64,000 bases of DNA, from NCBI GenBank assembly GCA_051294375.1, contig CM119263.1, positions 29,661,962 to 29,725,961 of the forward strand, written 5' to 3'. Origin of the DNA: Paraspadella gotoi (Eukaryota; Animalia; Chaetognatha). Both the position numbers and the translations under genes were made by a program. Within the stretch, counting starts at the first letter, position 1. Each line of letters begins with the position of its first letter. Shown piece after piece: positions 26,845-38,640 of this stretch. The notes beneath the pieces were generated by a model that saw only the letters and a list, made by a program, of their open reading frames with translations, searched no databases and had not been told where the DNA came from.

Positions 26845-29039
26845 CTTTTTTTTGGACCCAAATTTGTTCATTGCGACTTTGAAGGGCAATACCCTTCCTC
26901 CTCCCTTTATTCCTCCTCCTCCTCCTCCTCCTCCTCCTCCTCCCTCTATTCATTTTAACCCTCCCCTTTTTCATTTTATTGCTTTTTTTTCCTTTTCTTG
27001 TTATTTGTCATTCTACTCCTATGCTATGTAGCTTATTTATTAAATGGATGGATAATTTTCATACTTATTGTACATACCATTTTCATTTTTTACCTTTCAA
27101 TTACTTTTTTACATTTTTTACATTTTTTTGTTTTTATTCATTTTCTTTTACCTTTTCTCTCGTTCCCCTTCTTTTCCTCGTTCTCCACCTCTTCCTCGTT
27201 CTCGTTCTCCTCCTTCCTTCCTTTTTTTATCCTCCTTCCTCTTCATCTTCTTCTTTTCGTTCCTCCTTCCTTATTCTCCTTTCTTTTCTTCTTTTCCTCC
27301 CTTCTCCTTTTTTTCTCCTTCCTTCTTCCTTTCCTCCCTCTATTCCTCTTCCCTTTCCTCCTCCTTCTCCTCCTCCTCTCCCTCTTCTTCGTCCCCCCTC
27401 CTCCCCTTCTCCTCTGATTAAACGCCTCACTGAATCGACGGCGCAGAAAAACGTGGAGTTTTGGTGAAATTCGGTTTCTCGTGTCAACCGAGGGAATTAG
27501 TGGTCGGTCGGTTGCTCTTTTTACTCCTTAGGGATCGGATGTCAAACGGGGGGGGGGAAATTAGTCGCTAATATATATATATATGTTATAACTATATGAA
27601 TTTTAAACGGGGTGAGAGGTAGAAGAGAATTATTGATTGATTTATTGAGAGTTGAAATTAGGCAGTTTTTTGGGGGGGCCAGAAATGTCAAACAACGAAC
27701 ATTGTTCTTTTTAATATTTTTTGCATCATTATTTTTTAACTTTTATTATTTTCTCTTAAGTCATAAAAAAGGGACATAATGTTACCCGATTTATAAAAAA
27801 TTAGTACTTGTACTAATACCTTTTGTAGTTAAGGTTTAGTATTTTAAAATTTATCTGTTGACTGTTCGTTGCTGTCGTTATTGTTGTTATAGTACTTTAA
27901 AATAAAGTATTATACTGAAAAATATTTAATATGATGTTATAATAATGACTACAGTAATCATTGTTCATTTGGGTGGCGCATCTCTGCTCCCTACCTTTTG
28001 CCTAACCAACGCTAATCCAAACTGTCAACCGAGAGAGAGAGAGAGACAGAGAGACAGAGAGAGAGACAGTCCCTGCGACGATGACCCGAAAAGATTGAGT
28101 GGGAAAAACTCGATGAGAGAAAAAAAACTGTGAAAAAGGTGTGAGAAACTGTGAGAAGCTGTGAGAGACTGTGAAAGGTTTTGCGGTTGGAGAAGTGAAA
28201 ATATAAGATTCAGGTGAGGAATTTGACTCGCGTGAGAGACGAGCTGTGAATCAAGAAACTGTGAAGAAAATACGGTGAATCGTTTGAGTGACTGAGCGTC
28301 CGTGATGGAAAAAACCTGCGAGAAAATAGAAAGGTGTGCGAAGGAAATTCACAGAGACCGACCGACTGACTTGTGAAGGGAATTCTAAATCTGTTGCTGG
28401 TCGTCGTCGTCAGAAGAGCAAGCAATGATGATTGCGGGGTTAGAACGTAAGCAATGACACTTGATACTTAACGATACAAGCAAAGGCGAGTTGCAAGGGC
28501 AAGCAATGACGCAACAAGCAGAAGAATCATGCTTGCAGACGAGAGAGTAAGAATACAACATTGTCGCCCGCGGAATCATCACTGAAATGAAAAAGGGACA
28601 GCGAGATTTCGTCTCATGTACTTATTTATTGTTAGCTTTACAGTATAAAGGAACCGTTGAATTATACTGGGAATAAATTTACAATATTGTAGACACCAAA
28701 GTCCTCAGAGTTTACTATAAATTGAAGTTGAAAAAATAAAAAGACTTAAATGCTATCGAGAAACCTTATCCTTGCATTGGTATCTTTATTGATTTAAAAA
28801 CAATGTACGAAAGATTGTAAATGCTACAATATTGTATTCTCCAGAGTTTATTTTTTTACTCCACCCAAAAAAAAAATTCTCTCTTAAAATTGAGTTTCGA
28901 CTCAACGACTTTTGAGTTTTTTCTTTTTTTTTTTTCTTTTTTCTTTTTTCTTTTTTGGTTCTGTTTATTTCCGCTGCGTTGATTTCGTCTTTGTTTGTAA
29001 CTGTTCTTGGTGGCGGATGTTATGTGGTTTTGGAATGTG

Positions 29040-29121
<82 letters not shown>

Positions 29122-29964
29122 GATAATAACGAAGTCCGTTTGCGCGTCCTAAAAACTCTTCCGTTTGTTGGACCGCTGCCAAATTACCGCCGACTCACCC
29201 TCCCACACTGCCGCCTCGCCCAACAACGATTGACTCACCCACACTGCAGGCCTTTCACCACATTGTCGACTCATCCAAACACACTACTCATCTACTCATC
29301 TTACTTAGCCTTGGCTTAGTGTGGATACCTCCGCATAAGCATTGGCAAAACTATGTATTGTTTTTCTCTCTTTCTCTGTCTCTCTGTTTCTCTCTATCTC
29401 TCTCTCTCTNNNNNNNNNNNNNNNNNNNNNNNNNNNNNNNNNNNNNNNNNNNNNNNNNNNNNNNNNNNNNNNNNNNNNNNNNNNNNNNNNNNNNNNNNNN
29501 NNNNNNNNNNNNNNNNNNNNNNNNNNNNNNNNNNNNNNNNNNNNNNNNNNNNNNNNNNNNNNNNNNNNNCCTGCCTCTTCTACCCATTGAGCCACACTCA
29601 CTGCCTCGTTGTCCAGGGTCGTCCGGTTTTCTCGAGAATGCCAAAGACTTTCGTCCAAACACTGGCGTCGTGCCATCGAAGCGGCGTCGGGTGCCATCGC
29701 CGCAGCGCCCTGTGCCATCGCCGCGACGTCGCAGCGGCGTTGGGCGGCGTCGAAATGAGGTCGGCGCCATCCACCGGCGCCACCTGAATTCCGTTGATGG
29801 CGTCCGATGCGAAATCAGGCGACGAATGAAAAAAAAGTGGGTATGGCACCGGGATGAACGCCTGTGATGCCCGGGGGGCGGGTTATCTCAAAAACTGGCG
29901 TAAGGGCTGCGGACCGTAAGTGACCACCTCATGTCACTGGCAAGTTTAGTCAGGCTCCGTCACA

Positions 29965-30050
29965 TTCAAGCCCAGGGATTGAACCCGGGACGCACGGTTG
30001 TAACGAGATGATTTAGTCTGCTCAACCATTGAGACGAGGCAGTGAGGCAG
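29965..30050 (-). mobile_element. tRNA-derived SINE-like head (Pol III A and B boxes)
   Basis: The minus strand reads gtctcaatggttgagc (A-box-like) ... cccgGGTTCAATCCCtggg (B-box / T-arm). No complete tRNA cloverleaf is evident. Confidence 0.5.
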
Positions 30051-30635
30051 CTTTAAGTCTTGCTGCCACAAGGGAATAATACAATCAGAAATTAAATATT
30101 GAATGTTAAATATTAAAAATTTGATTATTTACTGAATAAAGGGATTCTTTTTATGTTAATTAGATATACTGAAATAAATAAAAACAAACCCAATAAACTA
30201 ACGAAAACAAACAAACAAAATACACAAAAGTCTTCGAATGTTTTAAGAAACGAAAAACATCATTATTTAGAAAAAACCAACCATTGGCATTGCATTTTAA
30301 ACGTATTTACTAATTTTTTTTGCTTTCTATTTTTATTATCCTCGTTTTTGTCTCACCCTTCATCTTTTGGTCACACCATCGATTCCTTACCAAGCTCTTT
30401 TCTTTTCTCTCTTCTTCTTCTCTAACTCACCTCTCTATTCTTACATCTCTATTCTCACCTCTCTAATTCACTTCTCTATTCTTACCTCTCTATTCTCACC
30501 TCTCTTCTCTTTCCCCCCTCCCTCCCTCGGCCGACTTCGCTCCCGGGACTCCGCCGATCGGGGAAGAAATTCCGTCACCGCCGATCGGGAACAAATCCAT
30601 TTTCCTTTTGCAAATGATCTTAATATGGGAAAGAG

Positions 30636-30745
30636 GCTGTGATAGGGAAATGAATGTGATAGGGAAATTAGGCAAAGGCTGTGATAGGGAAAGGAATGTG
30701 ATAGGGATATAATTGTGATAAGGAAAGGTTGTGATTGGGAGAGTG
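30636..30745 (+). repeat. Degenerate short tandem repeat of tgtgatagggaaa
   Basis: About 6-7 recurrences of tgtgatagg/tgtgat. Confidence 0.8.
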
Positions 30746-30996
30746 ATGTGGTTTGAATGTGAATTTTTGCCTTTCATCAAGGAAAGGAGATGGAGTGATA
30801 CGCTTTGCTGGGGTTAAACTTGTTGCTGTAGTTAAGTCATTAGGCGGAAAGGGGATACGGCTTGCTCGGGTTCTTTTTATAAGAGGAAGAAATAAAAATG
30901 TGAAAGATTCTTAGGTTAAGAACAATTTTCGTAATGAACGCCCTGAAAAGAATTCCTCTCCGCTTTAAAAACCTTGAAGGCGAGAGAGAGAGAGAG

Positions 30997-31051
<55 letters not shown>

Positions 31052-31864
31052 TCGCTTAAAAACTTTCCCCCTCGTTCGCGATTAAAACCGAGAGAGAGAG
31101 AGAGAAGGGCCATTAAAGGAAATGTTTCATAGCGAGAGTGAGTAAAAAAATTCGCGACGACGACGACGACGACGAAGACGGAGCAAATCACCCAATTCCG
31201 AATTATCACCTCGTTGTGAAAACCCGGTGGAGAATAAAAGTGAATTACCGGCCCGTGAATCACCATCTTCTCAATTTCCTTGTGAATTTTACGTGAATTT
31301 CCCATCTTGCCATCTCTTGCATTTCCCAGAATTTCCATCTTGTCAATTGCGGTCGACTACTTGTCTCTTAAATAACAAACAATTAAAGAACCCTTTGCAG
31401 AAGTGCAATCAATAAAATTAAAGTCTGCCAGAAAGACAAATACATACATACCCATTACCCACACATACATCATCTCATTACCATAACCTGAAATTTTAAC
31501 TATCTCCTTCAAATGCCATTCATCGAATTACCGTCTGCAGAAATGCCATCAATCGAATTACGATCCCTGGAAATTCCAGCGATGAAAGAGAGAAGGAGAG
31601 AGAGAGAGAGAGACATCGCCACGTCTAACCTCTCTTCCTCTCTATCGCTGAAACCTCTCTATCCTTTTCTTATCTAATTGCTGTTTCTCACTTTCCTTAC
31701 TCGCGTTTTACTTTTCTCTCTCTTTACTCTTTGTTCCTTTATTCTTTTACGCCAACAATTCCCTCTCTCTCTCTCTCTCTCTCCCTAAAGTCCCGAACCC
31801 TAAAGGACTTAACGTCGGCTACTTTTTTAGAATGACTTTCCTTTCCTTTGTACGATTGAGAGAG

Positions 31865-31906
<42 letters not shown>

Positions 31907-32014
31907 TTGAGAGAGTGTGTAGAAAAAAGGGAAAGGGAGGAAAGGAAAAAAAATTTAAAAAGAGGATTGGAAAGGAAAAAAGTAAGGTCGTTATTTTATC
32001 ATCACTTCCACCAG

Positions 32015-32080
<66 letters not shown>

Positions 32081-32625
32081 GTGAGGCAGCAGTGACTTTG
32101 TGGAATCGATAGAAGGGAGTCAAGAAGAGAGAAATGCTCTTCAATAAAGAACATGCGGCCGCACCTTTTAAAAAAAGTTGCTGCAGTGCCGCACGAACAT
32201 CGGTAGAGATTTCTAAATTTCATTAAAAAAAAGATCATTTGAAGAAAAAGAAAAATAAGGAAAAAAGAACAGAAAGAAGAGGAGAGACAAGAACAAGAAC
32301 AAGAACGAGAACAAAAATAGAAGAGAACAAATGTTAAAATCGAAAAATGCAAATCGGAGGCAGAGAAGAGAAGTTCGAGGAAAAAGAAGGAAAAACATTG
32401 GGAATATGAGGAGGAAAGGAAAGAAGGAAAGAAGGGAGAAAGATGGAAAGGAGTAGGAAGGAAGAACGAATGGAGAAAGGAGGAAGAAGGGAGAAAGAAG
32501 GAAAGGAAAAGAAAAAAGAAAAAAAAAGAAAAAAGAAAAAAAGGAAACAAAAAATATTAAAAAGGGAGTCAAAGAAAAAGGAGAAAATCTCTTGTACTGA
32601 TTCTCTCTCATTACATGACGAGAAT

Positions 32626-32626
32626 C

Positions 32627-32666
<40 letters not shown>

Positions 32667-32700
32667 ATTATTATTATTATTATTATTAACATTATTATTT
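32626..32700 (+). repeat. (ATT)n microsatellite
   Basis: Read directly from the sequence. Confidence 0.95.
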
Positions 32701-33390
32701 CAGAATTCACGTAATCCTCATTAATTGATAAAAATCCAATCAACTCTAGTGATTAAATTAAGCAAATTGTGAAGCTTCTCACCATCGCCTCTTCAATTTT
32801 CGTAATCATTGGATTCAAATTTATTTGACTTTCGTTAACCTTGAACATATTCTTTTTTTTTTTCAATTTAAATTTGTTAACAAAAAATATGTCGTTGTTT
32901 GCTTAATGAAACTGAAACGATCGGAAATGTATCGGTCTAAATTTAAATTTTTACTTTGCCTTATTTTTCTTTGTCTCTGCATTCTTGGCCTTGCCGTTCT
33001 AAGCCTCTTTGTCTTTGGTATTTCAAATAGTCTCGCCGTTCTTGGCCTCTTCTTCTTTGGCCTTTCCAATCTTGGCCTTGCCCTTTCATTTGTCGCGAGG
33101 AATCCTACCCTCGGTCTGCGTCGTTGGGGTGAAAAAGGTTAAGAAGGAAGATTTAAAAAAAGGGTCATGGGAGAGAGAGTTTGGGGCTGATTATTTAGGT
33201 GACATAAACAGATCGGAAATTGTAGATACTGAAAAGGACACATCAAGAAAGGCAGGGCTTACAAAAAGCGGAGGCAGATAAGTGGAAAGCAGAGATTTAA
33301 GCCTTAAAAGAAAAGAAAATTTAAAAGGAGATTAGAAGAGTAAAAGAAGAAGAAGAGAGAAACTTTTTTTGAAAATAAATTGATGATAAT

Positions 33391-33392
<2 letters not shown>

Positions 33393-33480
<88 letters not shown>
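33393..33480 (+). repeat. (AAT)n microsatellite
   Basis: Read directly from the sequence. Confidence 0.95.
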
Positions 33481-34259
33481 TGATAATAAATAAATGATTC
33501 CTTTCCCCGTGAATTGGGTGTCAAGAGCGAAATTCCCACGAGAAGCGGACTCTAACGAGTACGAGAAGCGATCGCCCTCTTTCCGCTTCCCATTCCGGGG
33601 GTTAATGTCCTCGTGTCTCATTGTCTCGCGAATGTCGGGGTCGCGGGTTCGTGTCCCGATCGTCGCCCTCCTCTCTTTGTCACTTGAGAAAGTTGGAAAA
33701 GAGAGAAAGAGGAATTTTTAACTTTAATTATATTATATTTCTTGATAAACATGTTTAATAGAGCGTAGTGAATGTTACGTATGAAAATTCTAAAAGTCAA
33801 TTAATTTGCAAAAAAAAAATTAATTTTACTTTTTTAAAAATTGAAAATAGGATTTTCTTAATTCTGATTGCAGATTTGAATTCCTCGTCAAAAGTTGATA
33901 AAAGAAAATAAAAATCATTTTTAAAAATTCTTTTCTACCCCTCTCTTCTTCCTCCTCCTCCGCCTCTTCTTCCTCCTCCTTCTCTTCCTCCTCTTCCTCC
34001 TAACCCGACTCGACCCGAGTTAACCTTCCGATTCTCGATTCAAACGCTTCTTTCGAGAAAAGGAAAAAAGAGAAGGAAAATAGAAAGGAAAAGTCAAGAA
34101 AGAGAAGGAAAATAGAAAGGAAAAGGAAAAAAAGAGAAGGAAAATAGAAAGGAAAAGGAAAGAAAAGAAAAGAAAATAAAAGAAAAGAGTATAAGAATAG
34201 AAAAGAAAAAAATGGAAAAGAGAAATAAGTTTAAGGAAGGAAATTATAATAAAAATTAT

Positions 34260-34375
34260 TACTATGGTAGTGAATAAACTGGACTGTTGAGAGAGTCTTG
34301 ATCGAAAGCTTGCAGGGTTTTTTATCTTTTACCAAACTTAACTTGTCAGAATGAAAGATAGCTTATTTTTGAGAA
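34260..34375 (+). repeat. Interspersed repeat family B copy (internally deleted)
   Basis: actatggtagtgaataaactggactgttgagagagtcttgatcgaaagcttgcaggg ... gatagcttattt. Confidence 0.75.
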
Positions 34376-34609
34376 TAAATGTATGTTTGTACCAGTTTCA
34401 TGACTGTCATAAAAAACAATGGGCCTCGGATTCATACCGTAAATTTTTATAAAAAACAAACAAAATCAAGGTTGTCCGACTTCAGAGCCAAATTATTTTT
34501 TTCTGTTATTACTCGAATAATATTTTTATTCTCAGTCGGTCATGGAATTCTTTTTATTTTTGAGTCAAGAACAAATCTATAAATAGAATATAGGAATGAG
34601 GAGGAGGAG

Positions 34610-34640
<31 letters not shown>

Positions 34641-34940
34641 CGTCAGACGCCGAGGACAGAAGCAAAACAAGGCAATGAGGAAACAAATTTTAAGATGGAG
34701 TTTTTATTGAATTCCTTTCTTGTCTCTCGGGGAGAAAATTTGGAATATGGATGAGGAGAAAATGAAGGGAGAAGAAAAATGAAAGAAATGAAGTAAAAGA
34801 TGGAGTGAAAAAAGCAAAAGGAAGAAAATGAAACAAAAGCTGGGAAAAGAAAATGTAATAAAGGGAAGAGAATGAAAAAGGGAGCGAGAGATGAGAGAGA
34901 AAGAAGAAAATACAAGTAAAAAAAGAGAAGAAAATGAGTT

Positions 34941-34978
<38 letters not shown>

Positions 34979-35129
34979 GAATCTTAGGAATGTTTGCTTC
35001 TCACTACCGACCTGGCAGACTGCATTTTCGATTGAATTCTATGGCGAGGGAGAAAAGAGAGATTGTCAACTTGAAACTTGAAACAAAGAGAATGGAGAAG
35101 AGGTCACAAGGGAAAGATAGGGACGGAAA

Positions 35130-35740
35130 AAAAAGGAAAGAAAAAAGAGAAGAAAAAGGAAATAAAAGTGAAAGAAAAGAAAGGAAAGACAAAATAGAAG
35201 AGAAAAGGAAAAAAAGAGAGGAAAGACAAAGGAGAAGAAAAAGAAAAGAAAAGTGAAAGAAAAGAGAGGAAAGACAAAAGAGAAGAAAAAGGAAATAAAA
35301 GGAAAAAGAAAGAGAGGAAAGTCAAAAGAAAAGAAAAAGAAAAAAAAAGAGAGGAAAGACAAAAGAGAAGAAAAAGGAAAGAAAAGTGAAAGAAAAGAAA
35401 GAAAAGACAAAAGAGAAGAAAAAGGAAAGAAAAGTGAAAGAAAAGAGAGGAAAGAAAAATAGAAAAAAAAGAAAAGAAAAGCGAAAGAAAAGAGAGAAAA
35501 GACAAAAGAGAAGAAAAAGGAAAAAAAAGAGAGGAAAGACAAAAGAAAAGAAAAAGAAAAGAAAAGTAAAAGAAAAGAGAGGAGGAACAAAAGAGAAGAA
35601 AAAGGAAAGAAAAGTGAAAGAAAAGAGAGGAAAGACAAAAGAGAAGAAAAAGAAAAGAAAAGTGAAAGAAAAGAGAGGAAAGACTAAAAAAAGTGAAAGA
35701 AAAGACAGGAAAGACAAAAAAAAAGAAAAGTAAAAGAAAA
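35130..35740 (+). repeat. A/G-rich minisatellite (gaaaagtgaaagaaaagagaggaaagacaaaagagaagaaaaag-like unit)
   Basis: The marker ggaaagacaaaa recurs about every 45-55 bp. Confidence 0.85.
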
Positions 35741-35814
35741 AAGGTTCACATTTTGCTTCCTCTGTTTTATCGCTTCTTCTGTCGAGAGTCGATGCTTCCA
35801 AGCCTGCTACTTTT

Positions 35815-35893
<79 letters not shown>

Positions 35894-36334
35894 AATAGTT
35901 TGGGCAGACTTTTTTAAATTTAGACCTTTCCTTTCCCTCCCCTCGGGTAGAACGAAAATGCCGCTAATTATCAAAAAATTCAGAAAATTAGAAAAAAAAA
36001 GAAGTTTGGCGCAAATTAAAAATAAACTCGAGGAGAGAGAAAAACCCAAAACAATCAAGTTAGAAAGGAGAGAGNNNNNNNNNNAGAGAGAGAGTCGGAA
36101 GATTGGCTGACGGTTTGATAGGCGACAGATCCTGCACCCAATGCGTTTGCTTGCTTCATCATGGGGATTTTTTTACGTCATTGCAGACTAAGAAAAGTTT
36201 CAACTATAGTAATTACTAAAAACAAATGGTTGATTATGTCATAATAATTTGCATTAAAATCAATTTTTATAGAAAACGAAACAATAATTATTTTCTGCAT
36301 TGCATCGGAAAACCGTCTTTTGTTCTTTTTTTTT

Positions 36335-36508
36335 AAACAAAAAGTGGCGCAAGCAGTCGCTTAAGATTTGCGGTTCTTTCTGTATAAGCAAAAATAACAA
36401 AAGAGCAACCATGGGAAAATTAAAAAAACGATTATAAGCATTTGAAACGACAGACCGACCGAAGAGTGACTTATTGAGTGCTCGAGTTCTCGCGGCGCAT
36501 CTAAAAAA
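36335..36508 (+). mobile_element. Short derivative of family A (Helentron/DINE-like)
   Basis: aaacaa..gcgc..gcagtc..ttaagatttg ... gacagaccgaccgaagagtgacttat.gagtg.tcgagttctcgcggcgcatctaaaaa parallels the 3' end of 11585-11922. Confidence 0.55.
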
Positions 36509-36594
36509 TGAGAAAGAGAAAATTTAAAAGCTGAAGGCGCGAGTTTAATTCGAATTCAGAAGAGAATGTTTTCTTTTCCCGCCAAGAAGTTTTA

Positions 36595-36830
36595 ACTTTC
36601 AACTTTCACTCCTCGCTCTCTTTCTACTTTCAACTTCCACGCCTTGCTTTCTTTCTACTTTCAACTTTCACCCCTTGCTCTCTTTCTATTTTCAACTTTC
36701 ACGTCTTGCTCTCTTTCTACTTTCTACTTTCACACTTGCTCTCTTTCTAATTTCACGCTTGCTCTCTTTCAAATTTAATCCTTGCGTATCTCTTTCACTC
36801 TTTCTTTCAACTTTCAACTTTCAAGCCTTC
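36595..36830 (+). repeat. ~30-bp tandem repeat (ttcaactttcacgccttgctctctttctact)
   Basis: About 6-7 degenerate copies. Confidence 0.85.
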
Positions 36831-37164
36831 GATTCTCTTATTTGGATTTACTACAATTAAACTTTTTCACTTTTATCTTTCTCTCATTCTATCTTTTCTG
36901 TCTTTCAATTTTCAACAACAAGAACAACAAGAACAAGAACAACAACAACAACAACAACAACAACTACAACAACAACAACCTTCTGCTCCAAACGACGACT
37001 AACATCCTTTGGGCCTGAAGGTTTTTTCTCCCTTCATATTCTACGGAGGAATTTGACCTGAAATAAACCGGGACGTTAAACCCGAAATTGTTTCTCTTTG
37101 CGAGAGCGAGAGCGAGAGAGAGAGAGAGAGAGAGAGAGANNNNNNNNNNNNNNNNNNNNNNNNN

Positions 37165-37535
37165 CCCACACACGCAGAGACGCCACCTGTACCACCTCAC
37201 AGAACGCATTCGCGCACGACTTAATCCCCATCCATGCCATCCATCATCAACTCCGCCACTCCAGCCAACAGCCTCTCAGCCCACTCTCAGCTCCACTCCC
37301 CAGCAAAACGCCCACTCCCAACCACCCGACCACTCCACCCCATCACCACCTCCTCTTGGGATCCCATCTACAAAACAAACGCGGTTCACCACGCTCGACG
37401 ACGGCACACCTCCTTCGCTTTCGCCGCGCCGCAGCCAACAACTCCCCCGCGAAAACCAACCAGAAACACACACACACGCGCTTCTCTGCTTCGCCTCTCC
37501 TTCTCTCCGCTCGCTCGCCTTAGTGCATCTCTCGT

Positions 37536-37574
<39 letters not shown>

Positions 37575-37860
37575 CGACTAACACGAGCGAAGAAAACAAC
37601 GAAAACCTTTTGTTTTCTTTGTTTTGTCGCGAGTTTTCTCGGCGCCAAACGAAAGTTTTCCTCTCGACCTTTTAAGCCCTTTTTTTTTAGATGGGAGTTC
37701 AAAGAGTTGATGGGGTGATTGGGGTGGTTGGAGTGGCTTTGCTGGAGTGACTGGAATGGCTGGAGAGGCTTTGCTGGAGTGGCGTTGATGGAGTATGATG
37801 GGTGATGATGGGGAAGTCTCGAGATGGCGTTTGGCTTTTGATGGGGTAAAGTGAGTATTT
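37165..37860. repeat. Inverted duplication 2: ~37165-37535 is an insertion-riddled reverse complement of ~37537-37860
   Basis: ccgccactccagccaacagcctctcagcc..ccccatcacc..cccatcta mirrors tagatggga..gatgggg..ggctggagaggctttgctggagtggcg. The centre reads ttagtgcatctctc|(ga)n gaatgcgactaa. The left arm starts right after the 25-N gap at 37140-37164. Confidence 0.85.
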
Positions 37861-38149
37861 CAACTTTCAAGTATTGACTGAGTTCATTTCAATTTGGAAG
37901 GGAGCGACGCAGACTGAAGAGATTCAAGTTCGAAAGCGATTTGACGAATGAGTTGATTAAGTCACTTGTAAATTGTAATGTATCTATTGTATCTAATGTA
38001 TTGTAAGGATTGTGAAATGAAACATCAGTTTGCAACCCCAGGTAGAATGATCACAGAAATGTTCCTAGGGACGATTTACAGTCACTGAAAATCTTTTGCG
38101 ACGAGAGTTTGGAAAGAAAAAGGTTAAAGGTCAAAGAAACCGGGAAAAC

Positions 38150-38395
38150 GCGACGCGACGACGATGACGACGATGACGACGACGACGACGACGATGATTA
38201 CGACGATGATGATAAAGACGATAGCGACGATGAAGACGATGACGACGACGACGATGAAGACGATGACGACGATCATAGAGACGATGATGATGTTTACGAC
38301 GACGAAGATGATGACGAGGACGATGACGGCGATGATGATGACATCGATGACAATGGCAATGTTATCATCGATGATAACGATGAAGACGATAACGA
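38150..38395 (+). repeat. Degenerate (GAC/GAT)n tract; similar tracts at 39175-39360 and 49081-49134
   Basis: Read directly from the sequence. Confidence 0.9.
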
Positions 38396-38455
38396 AAATT
38401 TGACTAAAGAAAACCTTGGGTTTCTTTGAAACGAAGTTTGGTTCAGCGGTGGAGC

Positions 38456-38640
38456 GAGGTCAGAGGTCAAAGGTCAAAGGTGAGGGGAGAGAGGGGAGAG
38501 AACTGGGGTCAGGTGGGGTCAGGTTGGGTCAAGTTTGGTCAGGATGGGTCAGGTTGAGTCAGGATGGTTCCGTTTGGTTTAGGGTGGGTTAGGTTGGGTC
38601 AAGGTCAGTCAGAGTGGGTCAGGTTGGGTCAGGTTGGGAA
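38456..38640 (+). repeat. AGGTCA direct-repeat chain followed by a 10-bp (GGGTCAGGTT)n array
   Basis: aggtca-g-aggtca-a-aggtca-a-aggtga at ~38457-38483, then about 12 degenerate gggtcaggtt units. Confidence 0.8.

Larger units (their letters stand above)
16190..26845. repeat. Large inverted duplication 1: arms ~16190-21414 and ~21470-26845, centred on the 25-N gap at 21415-21439
   Basis: For example gggtcctgcttagaaattcttgttactggttcagaagagagg (~21341) mirrors cctctcttctgaaccagtaacaagaatttctaagcaggaccc (~21519). Collinear mirroring continues out to gaaggtactctaaacagaag (~16297) and cttctgttagagtaccttc (~26762). Confidence 0.95.

Noticed and set aside
29965-30050. Functional tRNA gene
   Set aside because: Only A/B boxes and a T-arm are present; I could not form an acceptor stem or anticodon arm.
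38109-38429. Asp-rich acidic protein ORF
   Set aside because: It is a (GAC/GAT)n microsatellite, and the same repeat occurs in all frames and strands elsewhere.
38575-38600. Telomeric TTAGG/TTAGGG repeats
   Set aside because: Only two isolated matches, inside the GGGTCAGGTT array.
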